Assembly: GCA_019057385.1 (NCBI GenBank)
Contig: JAHQJS010000007.1
Location: 512,001 to 576,000 of the forward strand
Reading direction: 5' to 3'
DNA length: 64,000 bases
Source: Candidatus Borrarchaeum weybense
Lineage (GTDB): Archaea > Asgardarchaeota > Sifarchaeia > Borrarchaeales > Borrarchaeaceae
Below are positions 60,288 through 64,000 of this stretch, in pieces. The stretch's first letter is position 1. Every line of letters begins with the position of its first letter. Made by a program: the position numbers and the translations under genes. A model generated the notes under the pieces. That model ran no database searches, had not been told where the DNA came from, and worked only from the letters and a program-made list of their open reading frames with translations.

Positions 60288-61640
60288 TTGGGAAAACATA
60301 GAAAGACTAGAAGACTTTATACTAAAGAAGAACTACTTGAAAAACTGAGAAATTGGGCTGATAAACATGGGAAATCACCAACTCAACGAGAAATAGAAAA
60401 AGATTCAAGTATGCCTAGCTATGTGACGTACATAAGAGCATTCGGATGTTTTAATAATGCAAAAAAAATGTTGGGACTAAAAGTAAATAATTCTCGAAGA
60501 CAATATACAAATGAAGAACTTATTGATAAATTGAAAGAATGGGCAGAAAAACATGGAAGAAGTCCAGAATCCGATGATTTGGATAAAGATAAGACAATGC
60601 CCTCCTCAAACACATATTGGCGAATTTTTGGCAGCGTTAATAATGCAAAGAAACTTGCAAATTTGCCAATTTTCACATTTGATTCAAAATTGAATCATAC
60701 AGGAGAACTCCTCAAAGAATGGAGAAATGAGAGAAAGGGGGAACTTTTAGAGAATTCTATAATAAATTACTTGAAAACACTACAACCGTTTGAAGAATTT
60801 CTGAATGAAAGAGGTAAAGAAATACAAGATTTAAAAATTGATGATATTGAAGACTACTTTTTAAAGATTAAAGATATGTATACAAGGTATACTCTGAGAA
60901 TAAAATTCACCGCTTTTCGAAATTTCTTTGATTTCATTCTTCGCAAGGCGATCATTGAAGAGACTGAACCACTTATTGACATTAAAACAATAGAACTTGC
61001 AAGAATCTTTTTCAAGAGATTAATAAGAACTATAGATGATGATAGAATTGAAGATTGTGCTTTAACAGAAAAAGACGTGATAATAATAAAAGAGAAGTTA
61101 AAAGATTATCCAATGTTGCATAATCTATTTATTCTTGATCTTAACTTAGGGCTGAGGGCAAGTGAATTTGCAAAGATAAAGGTTACAAAGGGTTTTATTA
61201 AAAATACAAAACAGGCTAGCAAAGGGGATATTTGGATTGACCTCAACCGAGGGATTATGATGATTTATCGGAGTAAAACTAGAAGACCTCACCTAGTTTC
61301 ACTTACTAAAGAAATGAAAGGAGTGGTAGAAAAACAATTATTATTACGTAAACTGCATGGAATCGAACATGAATATTTTTTCTTTTCTAAAAGAGGCTAT
61401 CCATTACAAAAAGACAATATATTTACTTATTATAAGGAAATATCGACAATAACAGGCATAAAAGTAACATCTCACAAAGTGCGACGTACAATGTCTACAA
61501 TGTTAGAAAAACGTGGAGTTCCACATGCGCTAATTCGTATGCGGATGGGACATATACCAAAAGATGGAACTCAACTATATCAAAGATACTCTATAGAAGA
61601 ACGCCAAGAAATCATGGAAGAAAAAATTGGTATTCTTTAA
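60288..61640 (+). CDS. Tyrosine recombinase/integrase with two N-terminal homing-endonuclease-associated helical repeats
   Basis: Two YT.EEL..KL..WA.KHG.SP...MPS..TY...FG..NNAKK repeats; GLRASE, HKVRR, MGH, YQRY catalytic set. Confidence 0.9.
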   Translation: MGKHRKTRRLYTKEELLEKLRNWADKHGKSPTQREIEKDSSMPSYVTYIRAFGCFNNAKKMLGLKVNNSRRQYTNEELIDKLKEWAEKHGRSPESDDLDKDKTMPSSNTYWRIFGSVNNAKKLANLPIFTFDSKLNHTGELLKEWRNERKGELLENSIINYLKTLQPFEEFLNERGKEIQDLKIDDIEDYFLKIKDMYTRYTLRIKFTAFRNFFDFILRKAIIEETEPLIDIKTIELARIFFKRLIRTIDDDRIEDCALTEKDVIIIKEKLKDYPMLHNLFILDLNLGLRASEFAKIKVTKGFIKNTKQASKGDIWIDLNRGIMMIYRSKTRRPHLVSLTKEMKGVVEKQLLLRKLHGIEHEYFFFSKRGYPLQKDNIFTYYKEISTITGIKVTSHKVRRTMSTMLEKRGVPHALIRMRMGHIPKDGTQLYQRYSIEERQEIMEEKIGIL

Positions 61641-61718
61641 AAACATTGAGAATAAAAGGCATTGACACCATAAAGAAATCGAGACTTTCTTCATAAAGAA
61701 TAAGCAGATTTTTCTACT

Positions 61719-61982
61719 TCATTTTAAACTAAATTTAGCTATGCCACCTTCATCCGTTTCCTTAATACCGATAATTTTGCTCGTAAGGCCAAAATCTTCT
61801 AATAAAAAACGAAAATCATCAAAATAATCATAAAATCCACAAGTGTGGCAATGCCCAGTAAACTCAATTCTAAATTTACTATTATCAATTGAGATTAATC
61901 TAGCTATAACTTCAGGAGTTCGATATTTGTTATACTCTTCGATCGTTTTCTTTAGTATTTTTTCCAATGACTGCTTCTTCAA
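61719..61982 (-). CDS. Small archaeal protein with CxxC (CHTCGFYDYFDDF)
   Basis: EEYNKYRTPE...FTGHCHTCGFYDYFDDF. Confidence 0.75.
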   Translation of the reverse strand: MKKQSLEKILKKTIEEYNKYRTPEVIARLISIDNSKFRIEFTGHCHTCGFYDYFDDFRFLLEDFGLTSKIIGIKETDEGGIAKFSLK

Positions 61983-62081
61983 AGAGATGCCTCAGCTACA
62001 ATCTAAGAAAAATATTGGTTCTATTACATCATATTTGAGAAGTATGAACAAATTTAAAGACAATTATGTTAACATCAAGTT

Positions 62082-62801
62082 ATGAATCTTTCAGAAGGTC
62101 AAATATTAATTATTGGTGGTGGAGAGGTCGGATATAACGCACTCACGTTTTGCAAGAGGAATAATTTTTCAGTTTTAATAGTTGATAGTAATCCAAATTG
62201 CAGAGTTCGCTCAGAAGTAGATTTTTTTGTAATAAACCATGATTTTGATCAAATTAAACGAATTCAAGCAGGTAAGTCAATTTTATTTGTCATTGATGAA
62301 AGCTTAAATGAATTACTCAGTCTACTTCAAAGATTCGAGTTTGAATATATCATTCCAGCGATCCCAATACATGCAATGGCGAAATTAACATATGTTTACT
62401 TAAAGCAAAAGGGTATAGATGTAAATCCATCACCCAATTTGATTCAATTAATAAAGACAAGAATTGATCCTAGTTTAATTCACAATTATGATCAAAAAGA
62501 AGGAATAATAGTTGCTAGTTTCATGCCTCATGGTCTAGAATGTGCTCCAAACTGCTGTGAATCGATGGTATGTCCAGTTACTGGAATTGAAAAATTAAAA
62601 CCCCTACATGAAATACTTAAAGATGCTTGTAATGGATTTTCAGCAAAGATATTGGTCAGTAAGCAATTACAGGCAGATTTAGGAGGCATTCCAGGAACTT
62701 CGGTTGAAGAATTATTTAGTTTTCTAGATTTGATGAATAAACAAATAATTGTGGGTACAGCGTGTATTTGTCATGGAATTATTAACGCTTTTGAATTCTG
62801 A
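62082..62801 (+). CDS. Rossmann-fold protein with Cys-rich C-terminal domain
   Basis: IIGGGEVG...IVD, IPAIPIH, CAPNC..CPVTG, GTACICHG. Confidence 0.7.
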   Translation: MNLSEGQILIIGGGEVGYNALTFCKRNNFSVLIVDSNPNCRVRSEVDFFVINHDFDQIKRIQAGKSILFVIDESLNELLSLLQRFEFEYIIPAIPIHAMAKLTYVYLKQKGIDVNPSPNLIQLIKTRIDPSLIHNYDQKEGIIVASFMPHGLECAPNCCESMVCPVTGIEKLKPLHEILKDACNGFSAKILVSKQLQADLGGIPGTSVEELFSFLDLMNKQIIVGTACICHGIINAFEF

Positions 62802-62893
62802 GAATCGAAGAAACTAATTTAAGCTTTATAGTAAGAAAAAGTAAGAAAAAATAATGAAAAATGTCTATTGTTCTTCAGTTCTTCTTCCCAATA

Positions 62894-63055
62894 TTAATCA
62901 GTTGGTTCGAAGGCATCTTTATCGGCCCCGCACACAGGACATAACCAGTCATCTGGAAGATCCTCAAAGGATGTCCCAGGTGCTACACCAGAATCTGGAT
63001 CTCCTGCTTCGGGATCATATATATAGCCACAGACCGAACATTGGTATTTCTGCAT
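62894..63055 (-). CDS. Rubredoxin (53 aa; below ORF-track cutoff)
   Basis: [53 protein letters not shown]; GGAGGG SD. Confidence 0.95.
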   Translation of the reverse strand: MQKYQCSVCGYIYDPEAGDPDSGVAPGTSFEDLPDDWLCPVCGADKDAFEPTD

Positions 63056-63150
63056 TTATAGCCCTCCATAATTTGTTATCATTTTCATTACGTATATTCT
63101 TATATTTAATGGTGAAGACAAAAAACGAAAAAGAAAAAATAGATATTGAG

Positions 63151-63912
63151 TTATACTTGTGGCAATCGATTTAAGAGTGCGGAGAAATAATATACCGCCA
63201 GTGCTTGACCTATTAAAAGAAGCGGAATAAATGCCGTTACAATATCATGAAAATCTTGTAATTCTGGTACGAATGTGAAAAGTAAGCCTGTACCCAGAGC
63301 TACAAATACGCCCAGTTTCAATAGATTTTTCACAATGTTCATTTGTGTTGTAGTTAATCCTGCAACTAATTGTTCCCTCGCAGAAAATTCAAATTTTTTG
63401 ACACTGAGGCAAATTCCATCATCGTCTAAATTGCAGAAATCAACGAAAACTTCATGTTTACCTTTACTTAGAGGGATAATGTTCACTGAAACTTGTGCTG
63501 TTTCGCCAGGAGTTATATTAAGTTCTATATCATCAGGGGAAAGAACGGTTAACACGGATGCAAACTTAAGCCGAATTCCAGAAGTCTCTGCGATGTTTTT
63601 AATTAACATCCGTGCTTTTGTTGCAGTTTTGACAACAAAGGGTTTATCAGTATCTATATCTAGTATTGCTCGCTCTGTTATGAAATCACTTTCAATTTCC
63701 CGCAATTTTCCTATTGCAACATCTTCTTCGTCGTCTGCTAATAGCGCATCTGCTGAAAGAAATATTACAAATACTAAGGTACAAATGACTGCACTCAGCC
63801 CTAATAGATACGGATCTGCTGTTCCCGTTATAAAAGCATTGAACTCATAGATCATAAGCGCCAAAACCGCGATCATCGCTAACGTATTCATTACCTTTGC
63901 AATTGTTTTCAT
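63151..63912 (-). CDS. Membrane protein with four TMs flanking an Ig-like domain
   Basis: Two TM helices at each end and a central beta-rich segment; GGAGG SD. Confidence 0.7.
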   Translation of the reverse strand: MKTIAKVMNTLAMIAVLALMIYEFNAFITGTADPYLLGLSAVICTLVFVIFLSADALLADDEEDVAIGKLREIESDFITERAILDIDTDKPFVVKTATKARMLIKNIAETSGIRLKFASVLTVLSPDDIELNITPGETAQVSVNIIPLSKGKHEVFVDFCNLDDDGICLSVKKFEFSAREQLVAGLTTTQMNIVKNLLKLGVFVALGTGLLFTFVPELQDFHDIVTAFIPLLLIGQALAVYYFSALLNRLPQV

Positions 63913-64000
63913 ACTTGTTTTCCTCCTACACCTTCGCTTCTAAACGCTCAATTTCTTGTAATCTGTAATTTCTGATTATATAGAAAACTAAAGTAAGCAC

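Noticed and set aside
62854-63850. ORFs 62854-63174 and 63275-63850 on the + strand
   Set aside because: They are antisense to rubredoxin and to the membrane-protein gene.
1-64000. tRNA, rRNA or CRISPR loci
   Set aside because: No cloverleaf, rRNA-like tract or repeat-spacer array was recognised by eye; tRNAscan-SE and a CRISPR finder would confirm.

Overview
This is an AT-rich archaeal chromosomal window. GGTG/GGAGG Shine-Dalgarno (SD) sites, Alba, a SAMP-like protein, an S26B peptidase and a longin/uDENN-like protein suggest an Asgard-type archaeon (inference). 0-5.5 kb is a nucleotide-sugar/surface-glycan cluster. 5.7-16.2 kb is the main find: a RiPP-like cassette with a nucleotidyltransferase, HprK-like kinase, soluble S26 peptidase and stand-alone PqqD/RRE. 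It includes an unannotated 24-aa precursor, MKWEKPEIKELDVEIGVVKGSWGF (8263-8337), a possible decayed sibling, and no lasso cyclase or radical SAM enzyme; a 1891-aa repeat surface protein sits inside it. Next is a 1580-aa secreted, membrane-anchored protein with a GH112 (lacto-N-biose phosphorylase)-like core. 24.9-36.8 kb holds glycosyltransferases interleaved with many IS200/IS605 OMEGA elements (TnpB, IscB with HEARO/omega RNA, MITEs and a minimal palindromic element). 37.8-41.7 kb is a three-gene Rad50/SMC-like operon without Mre11. Then come oxidative-stress/iron genes (ferritin-like, SOR, feoAB), glpKAB with an omega-RNA-only insertion upstream, and a 1.6-kb integrase-only element flanked by two versions of a host gene's 3' half. 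An unlisted rubredoxin lies near the end. No rRNA, tRNA or CRISPR array was seen. Family assignments come from motif recognition, not database searches.
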